Shown here: in pieces, positions 11,326 through 25,230 of the stretch
How positions within the stretch are numbered: position 1 is the first letter of the stretch
Layout: each line of letters begins with the position of its first letter
Assembly (NCBI RefSeq): GCF_006345805.1
Contig: NC_042999.1
Span: 106,764,001 to 106,828,000 of the forward strand
DNA length: 64,000 nucleotides
Direction: 5' to 3'
From: Octopus sinensis
Lineage: Eukaryota
Position numbers and translations under genes: made by a program
The notes under the pieces: generated by a model
Databases searched by the model: none
What the model saw: the letters and a program-made list of their open reading frames with translations, nothing else
Told to the model about the DNA's origin: nothing

Positions 11326-12419
11326 ATGATGTGATGCTAATGGGTAATTTTGTGGATGTACAGTTAGTGTTGTTTATCAAAGAGGGATTAAGAATAGAGA
11401 CTTAAACAAAAGGATAGGAAATGGAGAGGAGGAGAAGAAAAAGAAAGAAAAGAGAAAAGAAAATTTAAATAAAGAAATATATGGGAGCAGATTCAGCTAA
11501 GAAAAAAATTCTGTTGTCTAATACAATAGCAAGTTTCTATTCTAAACTCTCTATTAGGAAGCATCGCTATTTACTGTTGACTATTGCTCTTGTCAATGCC
11601 CACCTACTTCACTAATCCGGTCTGTGTAAGGTCTTCATACCAGCGAAGACGCTTTCAGCTTCTTGTAACCTGGTCTCTACTTATCTATGGCGACTGTACA
11701 GCTCTGTGAGTTGTATGGTCGACCTAGATAAGTAGGTCGTGTAACCAACGACATATTACGGACATATTACGCTATCCCTGTCTACTGACCGACAGAATTC
11801 TCTGATTTTTTAAACTATTTGTGGCTTGTCCATGCCCATAATCGTAGATTTGGAAAAAGGGCCAGTACTTGTCAGAAATGTTTATGGAAGTTTCTGAAGC
11901 TTTTTCACCCCGTCTCCTATCGGCTATCTCCTCACAGCCCCGTCATGAGTCTAAGATGCAGTTCTAATCTCTGAACAGCACCAAAAGGTGAAACGTTCCC
12001 TGTAGACCTTTGTGGATGTATTGATTGCTGCCAGTTAGACGGTATCCGCTTGCAGCTGGTCATGTCCAGCACAACTGGCTTAAGCCATGGGTCCCAGAAG
12101 ACAGGCTGTATTGCAAGGTCTAGACCTTTCTGAATCTTACATTCCCATTTGACTTGGAGGCGTGTACACCTCATAACTGTTAAAGATAAACGTGAAGGTG
12201 CTTACTTCGAAAATCCTGGTTTCGTTAATTTGTCGCGACGTCTATGCTTAGTGACTCTAGGTGACTGGAGGGGTTGCCTTGCCTCCAAGATGAGCCTCTG
12301 TCATGTGCATTTACACTGTCGTATTGTGAGTAAGGTCATGCTTTTTAAAAGAGTGTAAGAGAGAGAAGCTCTTTACATTATTCCTCTCCATAAAATTGCT
12401 GGCCTTGTGACAAGATTTG

Positions 12420-12530
12420 AAATCATCATCATCATTATTATCATCATTATTATCATCATCATCATCATTATTATCATCATCATTATTATCATCATCATTA
12501 TTATTATTATTATCATTATTATTATTATTA
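12420..12530. repeat. (ATC)n/(ATT)n microsatellite
   Basis: Seen directly; it follows a SINE tail remnant at 12390-12420. Confidence 0.95.
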
Positions 12531-13116
12531 TACACATTAGGAGATAGTCCTAATTGCCTATTATATGATAAGTGGCACATGAGACAACTGTCTTTATTTC
12601 AAACTGTTGTCGATGTCAATATTTTACAATCATGCACAAATGAAGTGACTAAGTATGGGATAAGACTTAAATAGACAAAAGAGACATAGCAGCAATATTT
12701 CACTTAACTTTTGAATGAGAGTTGCATGCAATACAAAAGGAATTATATTTCATTGATTTTAATAACTTAGAAAACAGTGTCAAACATTGCCCTTACATGA
12801 TGCAATAATTCTGAGAAGAAAATGGGATTTTGCACTATGCTGTATAAATATATTTCTATAGATGCACAAGCATGCATATCTGTGTGATTAAGAAATTAGC
12901 TCCCCAATCATGTAATTCAGCTTCAGTCCCCACTGTGTAGCACTTTGAGGAGGTGTTTTTATCTATAGTTCTGGGTCCACCAATATTTTGTTAGTGAAGT
13001 TGATGTTCAGAATCTGAATAAAGGCCATAACATATGTATGTATTCTGCCTGCACAGGAAGGAATTTCAACCATGTTTCGTGGTCTGCTACCACAACAGCT
13101 CCTTTATAGGATCCAG

Positions 13117-13241
13117 TTAGTTCAAGACATCATCAGGTGTCTTTAGCTCAGGTGTTGGGTGCATGTCTTCTTTCTTCTGCTCCCTGGCCTCTTCGATGTA
13201 GCATTTCCATGTTTCTTTGGGATTCTTCAAAAATTGCTCAG
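13117..13241 (-). CDS. Candidate terminal coding exon of an unidentified host gene
   Basis: Acceptor TCCATTCAG| is followed by 40 open codons EQFLKNPKETWKCYIEEAREQKKEDMHPTPELKTPDDVLN-stop. Non-repetitive, and phase-compatible with the exon at 15495-15561. Confidence 0.42.
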
Positions 13242-13261
13242 CTGAATGGATTTATGTTGTT

Positions 13262-13690
13262 GTCATTTACTCTTTATTCTTTTATCTTTTAATTGTTTCA
13301 GTCATTAGACTGTGGCCATGCTGGAGCACCACCTTGAAGAGTTTTCAGCCAAATAATTCGACCTCAGTACATTTTATTTTTAAAGCCTAGTGCTTATGCT
13401 ATTGGTTTCTTTTGCTGAATTGCTAAGTTATTAGGACATAGACAAACCAACACCAGGTGTCAAAGCAGTTGCAGGGGACAAACATATGCAGAAACACACA
13501 CACACACACTTGCACACATACACACATACAGTGAGCTTCTCTTTGTTTCCATCTACTAAATCCACTCACAAGACTAGTTTTCCCAAGGCTATAGTAGAAG
13601 ACACTTGCCCATGGTGCCATACAGTAGGACTGAACCTGGAACCATGTATGTGGGAAGCAAACTTCTAACCACACAGCCACACCTGCACAT
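13262..13690 (-). mobile_element. tRNA-like SINE family 2
   Basis: Head GTGGCTGTGTGGTTAGAAGTTTGCTTCCC..GGTTCAGTCC, internal (TG)n, tail CCAGCATGGCCACAGTCTAATGACTGAAACAA. Same family as 42758-43172. Confidence 0.8.
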
Positions 13691-15494
13691 GTCAACACAT
13701 CAGCCACAGGTTTTGTGCATTTGAAACATATAATAAAAGACCCCTTGTTTGAAAAAGAAAGTAAAGGTTAGAGGCAAGAAGAACATCCGCCCAGGAACGC
13801 TACTTCAATAATATACAAATCTAAGTGATGATAGCTTGAAAACATGGATATATAAACAAATAAAGAAATACAAATTATCTTCTGCATGTATGTATATATC
13901 TATAGGGTTTTGGCACAGCTGTGTAGTGTAGTTTCTTCTAGGGTTATTAATACAGCTATTTAACTTGCTAGTACTCATACACCATTAGACTATAGATGAT
14001 AATGCTACCCTGAGATGGGAATACACAAGCTGAAATCTATAAAACCATGTTTAAAGGCTTGTACTTTTGGTAAATAGGACTAATGCAATGTCATTTATAA
14101 AACACTTAAGCTAGGATGATATCTGAGTCACTAGAGAGACAGTATAGAATATGGCTTGATCAGTCACAAGTTTTTTTTTTATTTTTATTTTTTGTTTTGC
14201 TATTATTGCTTCAGATATTTGACAGGAATTGGGAAAATTGGCTGATTTATCTGAATATCTCAACAGGTAACTGTATCTCTTTTAAGTGTATGAAACACTT
14301 AAGTTTTACTTAACCTAATTCTTTGAATTTGGATTTTACGACATGCCAAACTGGCACAATTGTCTTTTAAGTTATATCAATGATATAAGTGAATGTGTAG
14401 CAGTGGAATATATAAGAATGGTCTTTAAGCTTGTTTTAAGATTAGAATTGCTATTGGAAAGGAAAACTGCACAGTGTGAATTTCAAAGAGAATGCAATGT
14501 GCATTATGAATAGTGATATGGAGAAAATACAGTATGAAGGTATTTTAGTAGCATCACTACTGCATACAAAGAGAGACATGAGAATAATGAGAATACTGAG
14601 AATAAAGACAGTCTTTAAGTGGGTATAATACAGATGAAGTAGATTTAAGATTAGAGAAAAACGAAAAATTACATAATGGAAGCTTCCACAAAAAATGATA
14701 AAGAATATATTGATTTTATATATTGATTTCATAGCACTGATGAAGTTTAATGCTGTTGTTTAGCTCAAATTTAAGTGCTGATTGAAAAGATCAAGAAGGT
14801 AGTCAGTCAAATGGATAATTTTGATTTACATGTCCATTCTTCCAGATATGTTTCCCTCTTCCTAACTGAAAACCTTTTAGCACACTCCAAGATACAGTAG
14901 TGTGTAACTTATAGCATGTAGAAGACAGAGTGTGATTGGGTGTAATCCAGGTTGGCTGCTGCTTTTCCTGAGTGATGGTGATCGTTCTGTTCTTATTTCA
15001 ATGTGCTAATTGAGGTTTGGGGGTTTCTAGAACAATACATCTATAGACAAACCATCTCACTGTTTGTCTTGTACTGGAACAGTTTAGTGATTAGAAGTGT
15101 AGTGTGTGAAAGTATTTTTGAAATATAATAATGTATTAGCAAGCATCAAGAAGAAAGTTTGTTGCATGGTTTAATGTCAAGCTGTCTGTTGATACATTAA
15201 TGTTAAGTTCAAAACTTTGCTATAGAAATTGATTTTAAATTATACTCAGCTTGATTCCAATATTACAACTGACTGGTTGATATCCATAGGCATATTCTGT
15301 AATAATAATCTATAAGGAAAAAAAAAAACTAAAATTATATCAAAATTATTTTGGCTTAAACATGAAAAGCTACTTGCCAGATACACAAAATTTCACTCAT
15401 CTATTTTGTTGGGTTTCTTTTTTCCTAGTTCTACGTCTTATACTACTATCTATAATAATTTCTATGCTATTATAGAATGTGTAAACCTCTGTAC

Positions 15495-15561
15495 CTCCTC
15501 TTCTACAACTGATGAGAAGTGCTAACTTCTCTTTAACCCATAATGTTTCTGGCTGTTTAAT
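15495..15561 (-). CDS. Candidate internal coding exon (IKQPETLWVKEKLALLISCRRG)
   Basis: Acceptor GCATTTTTCAG|, 67 nt, donor GAG|GTACAG. The phase-1 end joins the 13241 exon to give Ala. Confidence 0.4.
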
Positions 15562-16410
15562 CTGAAAAATGCATACAGTGGCCTTAATCTTCACAGATTC
15601 TTCTACGTTGTGCGTATGATGGTATTTTTCTTTTGTTCATTCATGTATTATGCTTAGGATTGTTTGCAATTTCCAGCCCATCAAGTAAGCCCACATTTTG
15701 TTTTAGTGATAGTGGTGGTTTAAGCCATTAAGAGTAGGTAATAGAGAAAATACAATCTTAGTTATGATACAAGAGATGGTGGGAATGTACTACCTAAGAG
15801 ATAAATGTTACAGATACAGAACTTATTCAAAGAATATAAGTCCACTCAGTCAGTGCCTGAAGTGTTATTACAGCAATATATATATATATATATACATACA
15901 TACATATATATACACTTATATACAAGTTTATGCATGTAGCTATGTATATGACACATGCACACATATGCATACACCATCAGATACACATACAGATATAATA
16001 TTTGCTATAGATTTATATATTTTTGCAGATATATTTTAGTGGTAAATGTGTGACCAACTAATTTAACATTCTAATTTCCAGTTGCTACTGGAACTGTTGC
16101 CCCCTTCTCTTCTTTTTTTTTTTCCATTTCATTAGTCATTGATAAGCTGGTAGCTATCATGGTCATTTCAAAGTCTTCTAGATTTGTAAGGATTTTGTAG
16201 AAATGAAGTTATTTTCAGACTGGAAAAGTAGCTTGAAAACTTGTAATATAATAATATTCTGCCAAAGGCACTGATGAATCAATTGGTGGTATTAAACCAG
16301 ACAGCAGATTTAGTCTATCACCCAAGAACTGGAGCTTATATCACTACAGGCACAAATATTTAACAACTTACTTCTTTTATATTTCTTTGTCAAATAAAAT
16401 GACTGAATCA

Positions 16411-16640
16411 TTAATTCTTTTGATACCAACCTGGCAGAAACAAGCTCTGGCTCTGTAGTGCAAATGTCTTCTTTTCATAAGTTTTGAAATAAAATCTTCC
16501 ACCAAACCTTAGTCACAATTTATGTTCCTAAGACTAGCTTAATGATAACTAAGTTATTTTACTATATTCTTCGTTATATTTAAAATAACTGAAAGAAACA
16601 CAGAGCATCTCAAAATAAATGCAGTAATGAAAAGGGTTAA
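16411..16640. mobile_element. TTAA-flanked MITE (piggyBac-like)
   Basis: TTAA at both ends with an imperfect TIR (TTAATTCTTTTGATAC / GTAATGAAAAGGGTTAA). A related fragment lies at ~23400-23500. Confidence 0.5.
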
Positions 16641-19429
16641 AACATAATCCAATGTATCCATGACTTCTTAAAACAATAGGGTGTTATCTGAAAGAATTTG
16701 GTTGTTATTTCTAGCAGACTGGATGATAGCAACCCCTATGTGAAAGCAACCCTAATGGTTTTTTGAACTCACAAAGAGGACAGCAAATGTCTTGGGAACA
16801 TTATGAGAGCACAATGTATCTAGTGGAGGGGACAGAATTATTTTAGAAATAAAATAATTAATCCAGGTATTTTACTTATGTATGAAATACACTTTCAAAT
16901 GTCTTTGTTGCTGCTAAAATATGAATAAGACAATGAACAGAAACATAGTTGCTGATGTACAAAAAATTTATTAAACAAGTCCTTATCTTCCAAAGTAATT
17001 TTTGTAAAATTAGGGGCACCACAAATCATCATCATCATTTAATGTCTGCTTTTCATGCTGGCATAGGTGGGATAATTTTGACTGGAGCCAGCCAGGTAGA
17101 AGCCAGCCTGCACCAAACTTCTGTGTCTGTTTTTACAGGATTTTTACAACTGGGTGCCCTTCCTAACACCAACCACCCAGCAGAGTGGAATGAGTGCTTC
17201 TTGCATGATACAAGCAATAGAGGAAAATACTGGCAAGACTATTATAAAATAACAGGAATAAGAAAAATGTAGACTGTACAAAAGTATCCACAGTTGGATT
17301 TTGAGGGATTTTTGTATTCAAACTATGATAGCAGCATTTGTTAAAATCCACTATGTGAAAGGAAGCACAGAGCTACAATAGATTGAAAACAACTAATGGA
17401 GAAACCAACTCTACTAGATGAATAACTGACACCAAGGAACAAGATAAAAGAAAACCATAACCATTTTCAACAACATCCTTTTCATCATCATCATCATCAT
17501 CAATAATTTTGTTATGGAGTAAGGATTATTCTTGTCATTGTGAAGTCTAGTCTTAATCAAGCAGCTCTGTAGACTCAATTAATCAATCAGATAGTTAGGT
17601 GTGGTTCACAAATCTATTTTACCATTAATAAGATTATGTGTATTGAACTTGCATCATTTGATCACTACTTCTAGTCTAGCTGTAACTAGAGAGAAAGATA
17701 TGTGTAAGGATTAACAGTTCAACATGATGAAATGACAATTATATATATATATATATACAAAGGATGCAGAGTGACACCATGAAGTCTCCCTTCTTTGTTC
17801 AAGAGGCAAGTGTTACTCAGCTAGAAATTTAAATTCTTGGACCCCCCTTCTGTGGGATAGTAAAGATGATAAAGTGAACAGCCAATAAATTATTGTATCA
17901 ATAGGGCTATACAAATTCATTTTCCAAATCATATAAGTGAATTTTGATCGTGTTGGTTTTGTTTGAGACCCTGATAAAATGGACCTGTGGGCAAAGATAT
18001 TCCATCCATGAACAATCGTTTTATAACTATCAAGGCCTATATATCTCTTTTTTCTTCTTTTTGTGAGGTTCAAACCAAACAATATACCAGCTAATGTACA
18101 TTTTCCTTATTCAATAGGAGAGATGTGACAGTTATTTCTAGCAGATCGAGCTACCACTTAAGAAGCCCTCTTGCTGCCTCATTTTCACCATTTCATACAT
18201 TGGTGTTACTTTCAAATTAATTGCTTTCCTAGCTGGGAAGTTTTAGTAAAAATGATAGAAGAAGCCATAGACTTGCCTTGTGGAAAAGTAGTTACAAAGA
18301 AAGAGAGTGAGATTGAATTTTGTTGAGTAGTTTTGTGATGCTGGGATAGATTGAAAAATGCATGAGAGAAAGAATCAAATATAATTACATGTAGACATAA
18401 GGAGGTGGCAGTTATGGAAAGAAGTTGTGTGCTGTTAATCATGACAGAGAAAGAAGCATCACTTGATACAGTAGGGAAAGTCAGAAAGGTTTCAAGTCAA
18501 TGTTTGTAATTGTGACTGTGATCAAAAAAAGCTCACTGGGGATATAAAGAATTCTGCTGACTGACCTCATCTTATGTGTGTTTGTTTTCTTTTATGCAAA
18601 AACAACATTAGGAAAAACGTTATCTTATAACTTATATGGCTATCTTAACATCCAAACAGTTTTATTTAAAATGTAATTGATGGATATAGTCAGAGTCGAC
18701 CAGCATGTTTGTTGGAGTAGGCTTCTGGGGAAACAGAATGTATTGACTGTAATAAATGACATTGACACATGGACAGACAGATAATGGAGAAGAATTTTTT
18801 ATTAGCTAAGTTAAGCTTTATAAATAGAAATATGTGGCCATTAGATAATCTGTGATAAAATCAGCTTTGAAGGAAATATAAATCATTTTGTATAAATATA
18901 CAGTAACAATGATATGTTGCTATATTATTTTTCCTTCTTAAATACAAGGGCTTCTATACAAAACTAGTAAAGTACATAAGATTGGTTAGAGGTAGAAAAA
19001 AACATAAAGTCAAGCAGAATTGGCAGAGATCGTTTCCAAGCTTTAACAATCAGTTTCAGTATATGTAACAATGTTATTCACAGTAAGGAGTAGAATAAAT
19101 ATTTATGGGAGAGTTTACTAGAGTCATACATGAAGTGGGAAGAGTATAAATAATGCTTTCTTTATTATCCATTAAGGGTTGAGTAAGATATTGGGGACAG
19201 AACTGGACAATCCAATGTGAGATTACATGAAAGCATATAAAAAGTAAAATAATAGAAACAAAGAAACGAAGAAAATTCAAATAAGAAATAATTCCTCAAA
19301 AAGAGGAGGCCTCCAAAGGTTATTTGTGGAAACCCACCATATCATGGTCACTTGGACACTAAGGCATCTATCCTCTCCCAGTTGGCCTCTTTCAATCTAT
19401 AAGTGCATGCTCAGAGCAGACCCATTCAC

Positions 19430-19580
19430 TATGACATGCTTGCCACTTCCATCCATCTTTCAACAAATTTGCTGAGAGGTAGTACATTCCTCTCAATCCT
19501 CGCTTTCCCTTTCGAGTGTAACTTCTAAATGGTGCAGAGGACTTGGCCAAAAAGCAAGGTGTCTGTCCTCAGCCTTTTTA
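19430..19580 (-). pseudogene. Decayed Tx1-type ORF2 C-terminus
   Basis: HSKGKARIERNVLPLSKFVERWMEVASM parallels HLKTKVELEKRCLSVREFEKRWKRVGRL of the 3901..5103 ORF. Confidence 0.45.
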
Positions 19581-20754
19581 ATCTCATGCAACTATATTAA
19601 TACTGACAACAAGCAGTAATAAATACAGTCATATTTGAACTCTATCAAAGTTTGCTTGAAGGCTGGGTCAATAATACAGTAAATAATTGAAAAGAAACTG
19701 AATTAATCTTTGACTAAAAACTTATATGATGTTCACTAATTAGTTTTCAGTAACAGTAATAAGTAGCTTCATAATTTTTCAACCTTAAAGAGAGTGATGT
19801 TTGACTGAAGACTGCAAGTTCAAATAAAAATTTGCTATTAAATGTAAATTACTAATTTGAATACGATATCAATAGTAATTTTATAACATACCTGAGGCTG
19901 TTACAACTTAGCAGGTTGTCCTATATAATAGCTTTGTGTGAATAAATAATCATCTCAGTGCACAGAAAGAGATAAGAGAGAGAGAGAGTTGAAAGAATTA
20001 GTGGGTGGTGCAAGAATTGGTAGTACATCACTGTTCATGCCATGAGTGTTCAGGCTATTTTTATCATGATCATCATCAGAATAATCCTGATTCACACTTT
20101 CTTCTTAGATTTTCCTTGTTAGATTATACTTGATGGCTCTGCTCAGTAACCTCTATCTCACAGTCTTTTATACTCATTTGTAATGTGGAGCACAAAAAAA
20201 TCCTTTAGGTGAACTGGTGCATTAAATTCTTTCTTGTGTTGTCTACTATAGTTTTCTTGTTCCCAGTTCATTAAGATTACAAGTGTAATTTTAATTAACA
20301 TGTTTCCTAGTATGAAGATTGCTTCAACCTTGGAGATACACCCCAATTTTGATTGAAGACTGCTAGTTCAACTATAAATTTGGAAACAGATATAAATTTA
20401 AAAACAAGCTCTCAGCATTTTCACATACTTTATCAAGATGTTTTGATCATGGCTTAATGACATCAAGATTCTGATTGGCACTTATAACAGGCATTTTGTC
20501 TTTTACTTTTATAAAGTACATACATGATTGGTTTAGAATAGATAACACGACTCTGGTGTAGAACTGGCTTATTCAAATGGTAATCTTCACCTTCTAGGAC
20601 ACATGCTAAATTTTCTCAATATTCTTTATGAAAACATTGCCAATTTCAGTAAACATAGAAATTAGCATTTCTTGAGTCACTATATCCAGTATGTTACTGT
20701 TAACTCTGTTTTGCTTTGTATACAGCATGTATCATTTGTGTATTTTTTTCTATC

Positions 20755-21035
20755 TATCTATCCACTCAGTCGGAGTCGACTCTCGGTTACTCATTGGATC
20801 AGTGTCCTCCAGTCAGTTCTATCCTGGGCCGCTTCTTTCAGATTGGCTATGTCCATTCCAGTATCACTCTTGATGGTATCATGCCAGCAGGTTCTTGGTT
20901 GGCCTCTTCCTCTCTTGCCACTGACCATTCCGAGCATGATGTCCTTCTCCAGGGATTTCTCTGCATAATATGACTGAAATATGCCAATCTATGCTTGGTG
21001 ATCCTAGCTTCTAGCAGCATTTTCGGCCTGATCTA
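20755..21035 (-). mobile_element. RTE (BovB-like) LINE 3' fragment
   Basis: Manual translation: RLAYFSHIMQR..EKDIMLGMVSGKRGRGQPRTCWHDTIK..AAQDRTDWR, followed by an (ATAG)n tail. Confidence 0.75.
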
Positions 21036-22435
21036 TTTTTTTCTAATCACTTTATTTAACTATTGTTTATTTATCCTAAGATACATATACAGGGTAGTGA
21101 ATATTCTTAGAAATATCACCACCAGTGGCCTAGCATGTATAAATAGTCAATAGACAACATATTCTCAATATAAAATAGAGTATATTTAAATACAAGAGAA
21201 AACTACCCTTTAACAGGTAATTTTTACATGCTAGAAGAAGCAGTAAAAAACGACCAAAGTTTTTATTGTTTATTTATCCTATATATTTCATCACTATCTC
21301 TTAGTTAGTTGGAGATAACTAAATACAGCTTTCAAAAAAAAACAAACAAAGCAAAATTAACAGCAAGTTTCATTACATAGATGTGATGAAGTCAAAGCCT
21401 TGTGAGTGAATTTGATAGAGAAATTGAACAAAACCCTTTTATAAAATCAAAAACAGTGCAGGATTCATAACTATCAGAAACAAATTTTCTTGATCAGAAT
21501 TGTCAAAGCATAGAATAGATTACCTGCCTTGGTTGCTAGCTGCCAAAACACTGCAGCCTTCAAAAATTCCATGTTTTCCAAAATTCATTGACACTATTCT
21601 AGACATATCTTAGCAACCTTTCCTTTATAGCCCTTTTGCTGTTCACTGTTCTATCCTTACGCATTTATTCTAATGTATTATGTATGTACTTTTGGCTGTC
21701 ATCGCTTGTTTTCTCCATTTGACTTATTGCTAATTGTTATCCCTTCTTTTACACTTCCCTGTCTGTTGTTGTGCAACTAAGCACTGAATGCAGTTACTCA
21801 TTATTTTATAGGCATGTATGTATGTGTGTATGTATGTATGTGTGCATACAAGATCTGACCTTTTTGATAACCAAAGAATTAGCTTTGGGTCAGAATCGAG
21901 AAGCATACTGACTTATAGAATTAAACACAAGGCATTAAATTTGGAGTGTAGGTTTATTGAATACAGCAACTCAAGTAGTGATACAATAAACCACAGGAGG
22001 ATCAGAAGCAAAGTTGTCTATAGCAGGATTTGAACCTAATATGAAAAGGGCCTAAACTAAATACTGCTCTAATTATTTTGCCAGTCTAACACTAACACTA
22101 CCGCCACCACCAGCCATATTAAGAATTAAAGCATGAAGTAAAAAGGGTATTTTTTGATTTTTTAGCATGGAGGTAATTTCTGGATTAATACTTCTGAGAC
22201 AATCATTATATAAAGAAGGAGCTTCTACATGGTCAATCAACTTGCTAGAAACAACAGTCAAATCTTTCTCAAATCAGATACACCACTATTCTAAATAAAG
22301 AATGATACATTGTACAATTTAGTCCTTCATAAACAAAATCACTGAATGGTTACTGCTGGAATCCCGTTGATAAGCTATATGCTCATTCAGGATTGACCTG
22401 GTGCTAAACAAGACAGACAATCAGGATCTTATTAA

Positions 22436-22668
22436 GGTGGTGAGCTGGCAGAATCGTTAGCGTGCCGGGCGAAATGCTTAGCAGTATTTCATCTGCTGTT
22501 ACGTTCTGAGTTCAAATTCCACCGAGGTTGACTTTACCTTTCATCATTTCGGGGCCGATAAATTAAGTACCAGTTATGCACTGGGGTCGATGTAATCGAC
22601 TTAAACCCTTTGTCTGTCCTTGTTTGTCCCCTCTATGTATAGCTCCTTGTGGGCAATAAAGAAATAAG
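22436..22668 (+). mobile_element. Full-length tRNA-like SINE family 1 (Tx1-type tail)
   Basis: A-box-like GAGCTGGCAGAATCG, B-box-like GAGTTCAAATTCC, tail CTCTATGTATAGCTCCTTGTGGGCAATAAAGAAATA. Confidence 0.85.
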
Positions 22669-23184
22669 ATCTGATAAAGAAGTGACTGCTCAGCTTGCTA
22701 GAAATTGCAATCAAGCCTACCTCAAATTACACCCTACCATCTCTAAAAAAGAAAACAGATCCATTGAATAATAATATAGTTAGTTATAAATGCACTATGA
22801 GAAGAAGAAAATACATCTTGGTACTCGTGACTGGAATATCTTTGATCATAGGCTTTTTCTATCAAGCTTGACATGGAATTAACCTTGATTGAGCAAAGCT
22901 ATGATGAAAGGCATTCCAACAGCTGTAATTAGCTCTTCTTTTATTCAGACATAATGCATCCAGGATTGCATTATCCAATATGTCATTCTCCTGGCTAATA
23001 TGGTTTCTCCTGGTAATAATAATGATTTGTAACAGGAGCAAAAGATCATACTGAAATTTTATTTTGGGGTAAGGATTTTCAGTTGTTTAACCCACCTGCC
23101 TGAGACTGACTGAACTTATTATTTTAAACTTATCTAAATTAAAACCTTCTATTTATGTTTCAAACATTATTTTAACTAACCCCA

Positions 23185-23385
23185 CTTCCAAATTTTGGCA
23201 CAAGGCCAGCAATTTTGGAAGTGGGGTTAGTTGATTACATCAACCCTAGTGCTCAACTGGTACTTGTTTTATCGAAAGGATCAATGGTAAAGTTAACCCA
23301 GATGGAATTTGAACTTGAAAACATAAAAATAGACAAAATGACACTAAGCATTTTACCTAGGATTCTAGCAATTCTGCCAGCCCAT
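23185..23385 (-). mobile_element. SINE family 1 with the alternative tail
   Basis: Degenerate body; tail AAAATTGCTGGCCTTGTGCCAAAATTTGG. Confidence 0.65.
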
Positions 23386-23757
23386 AGTCTATGCTAGTTT
23401 AATAATGAAAATATTTTTTTACTAAATTCATCATTATTGTTAAAATTAATTGAAACAGAAGCATTGTATTTCAGCAGAAATATGGTAACAAAAGTGTTAG
23501 CCCAACCATGGATACTGAAAGGTAGTTATTTTATTGACTCCAGGGTAGGGGAAAGTCAAAGTGACACTTATGTGGAATGATACCTAATTTTGGTAAAGCA
23601 CCATCAATTTGAACGATGGTAGAAGCAATTAAACTCGTTACGAAGTCACTTTGTAACACTGAGTAAGTGTCTTCTATTATAGTCACAGACCAAAAGGCCA
23701 ACCAATACTTTGTGAATGAATTTAGAAGATGAAAACTGTATGGAAGCCCTTTTAGGT

Positions 23758-23920
23758 GCAGGGGGTGGCTGCGTGGTAAGCAGCTTGCTTACCAAACATA
23801 TGGTTCCTGGTTCAGTCCCACTTTATAGCACCTTGGGCATGGGTCTTCTACTATAGCTTCAGGCTGACCAAAACCTTGTGAGTGGATTCGCTAGATGGAA
23901 ACTGAAAGAAGCCTGTCATA
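23758..23920 (+). mobile_element. SINE family 2, 5' half
   Basis: GTGGCTGCGTGGTAAGCAGCTTGCTTACC..GGTTCAGTCCCAC..CTTCTACTATAGC..GGAAACTGAAAGAAGCC. Confidence 0.75.
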
Positions 23921-23934
23921 CATATATTTCATCT

Positions 23935-24225
23935 TGGAGAAGAGATGAAAGTCTGCAGGTGCTGAATCTGGTGAATAGGGCAGGTGCAGAAGCGATACCA
24001 TGTTGTTTTTGGTGAGAAACTCATGAGTGAAGAGAGCTCAGTGACAGGGTGCATTGTCATCTTGAAGAATCCAATTCTTTGTGCTCTACAAATCCAGGCG
24101 CTTTCACCAAATGTTTTCCTTCAAACACTTCAAAACGCTGCAGCAGAACTCTTGATAGACGGTCTGGCACTGGGGGACCAAATACTCAATGCACAATACC
24201 ACATCACTGGGGGTGATGCTTGTGG
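23935..24225 (-). pseudogene. Mariner transposase C-terminal relic
   Basis: The reverse strand encodes PYSPDSAPADFHLFSKMK (YSPDLAP motif). Confidence 0.7.
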
Positions 24226-24304
24226 CAGGTCTTCAGATCGTTCATCATCTTCTATGGATGTTCTCCTGTTTTAAAGTTCCAGTGATGGTTTGCATCTGTA
24301 GTCT

Positions 24305-24870
24305 TCAAATTAGCTTTCTCCTTTCTGGTTTTGAGAAGCCTAATTTCTCAAGATTGGTATTTATGCAATGTGCTACATATCTCAGAGCCACAATAATTAA
24401 AGGTATAAACTTGAACTTGTAATCTGGATAGAGTAACTGCAGATTTCTCAATAGTTCAGCATAGGTATTCTCTTTATCACTGATTTTCAGCTTTGTGTTA
24501 ACATCTGCTGGGCAGCTAATTTCCACAGCTGTACACAGTTTCTCTTCTCTATCCCAAATCATATCAAGTCTGTTGTGCTTATATTTTATTGAGATCTTCA
24601 CTGAGACATTCCACCAGTACTCCTTTTTACTATGAGTGGCTATGACTTCTACCATACTGTGGGTTCTTATTTCTTTCTCCTCAGGGTTATCATTCCAATG
24701 GATTTCATTATAGAGTGTCCTAGCTACAACATTATGTCTCATCAGTAGATAATACCATGATGACAGTTTTGCACCACTGCTTAGGATGTGGGTGACATCT
24801 TCTGTGTTAACTCCACAAAACCTGAATCGGTTGTCATATTGTACTGCTTTTACTGCATCTCTATCCCTTT
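24305..24870 (-). pseudogene. C-terminus of an R2/R4/NeSL-type LINE with a restriction-like endonuclease
   Basis: RFCGVNTEDVTHILSS (decayed CCHC), RHNVVAR, HNRLDMIWD..EISCP..KENTY (PD..D/ExK-type RLE pattern). Confidence 0.75.
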
Positions 24871-24895
24871 TGTGCATATATATGTATTTTTGTGC

Positions 24896-24926
<31 letters not shown>

Positions 24927-25194
24927 TGTATGCATGTATGTATGAGTGTCTTTGAGGTTTGTCCTGCCATCCTGATCCCTGCCATTACTTAACAACTAGT
25001 GTTGGTTTGTTTGTATCCCCCAAAACTAAGTGGTTTGTGAACAGAAACCAAAGGGATAAGACTCAGACATAAAATAAGCACTAGTGTCGATTTGTTTGAC
25101 TATAACATTCAAGAGAGTGGTCCTAGCATGGCTGCAGCCAAATGATCAAATCAAGTAAAAGAAAAGCAAATAAGAGATATAAACAGAACCATAA

Positions 25195-25230
<36 letters not shown>

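Noticed and set aside
14215-14266. Plus-strand micro-exon (ELGKLADLSEYLN) with a good acceptor and donor
   Set aside because: Isolated, no compatible partner exon found, and it conflicts with the better minus-strand candidates.
17813-21600. Strong minus-strand donors at ~19892 and ~21523 as upstream exons of the candidate gene
   Set aside because: Phases do not join the 15561 exon without stops.
22436-22520. tRNA genes at SINE heads
   Set aside because: A/B-box-like motifs only; no complete cloverleaf, and they continue into SINE bodies.
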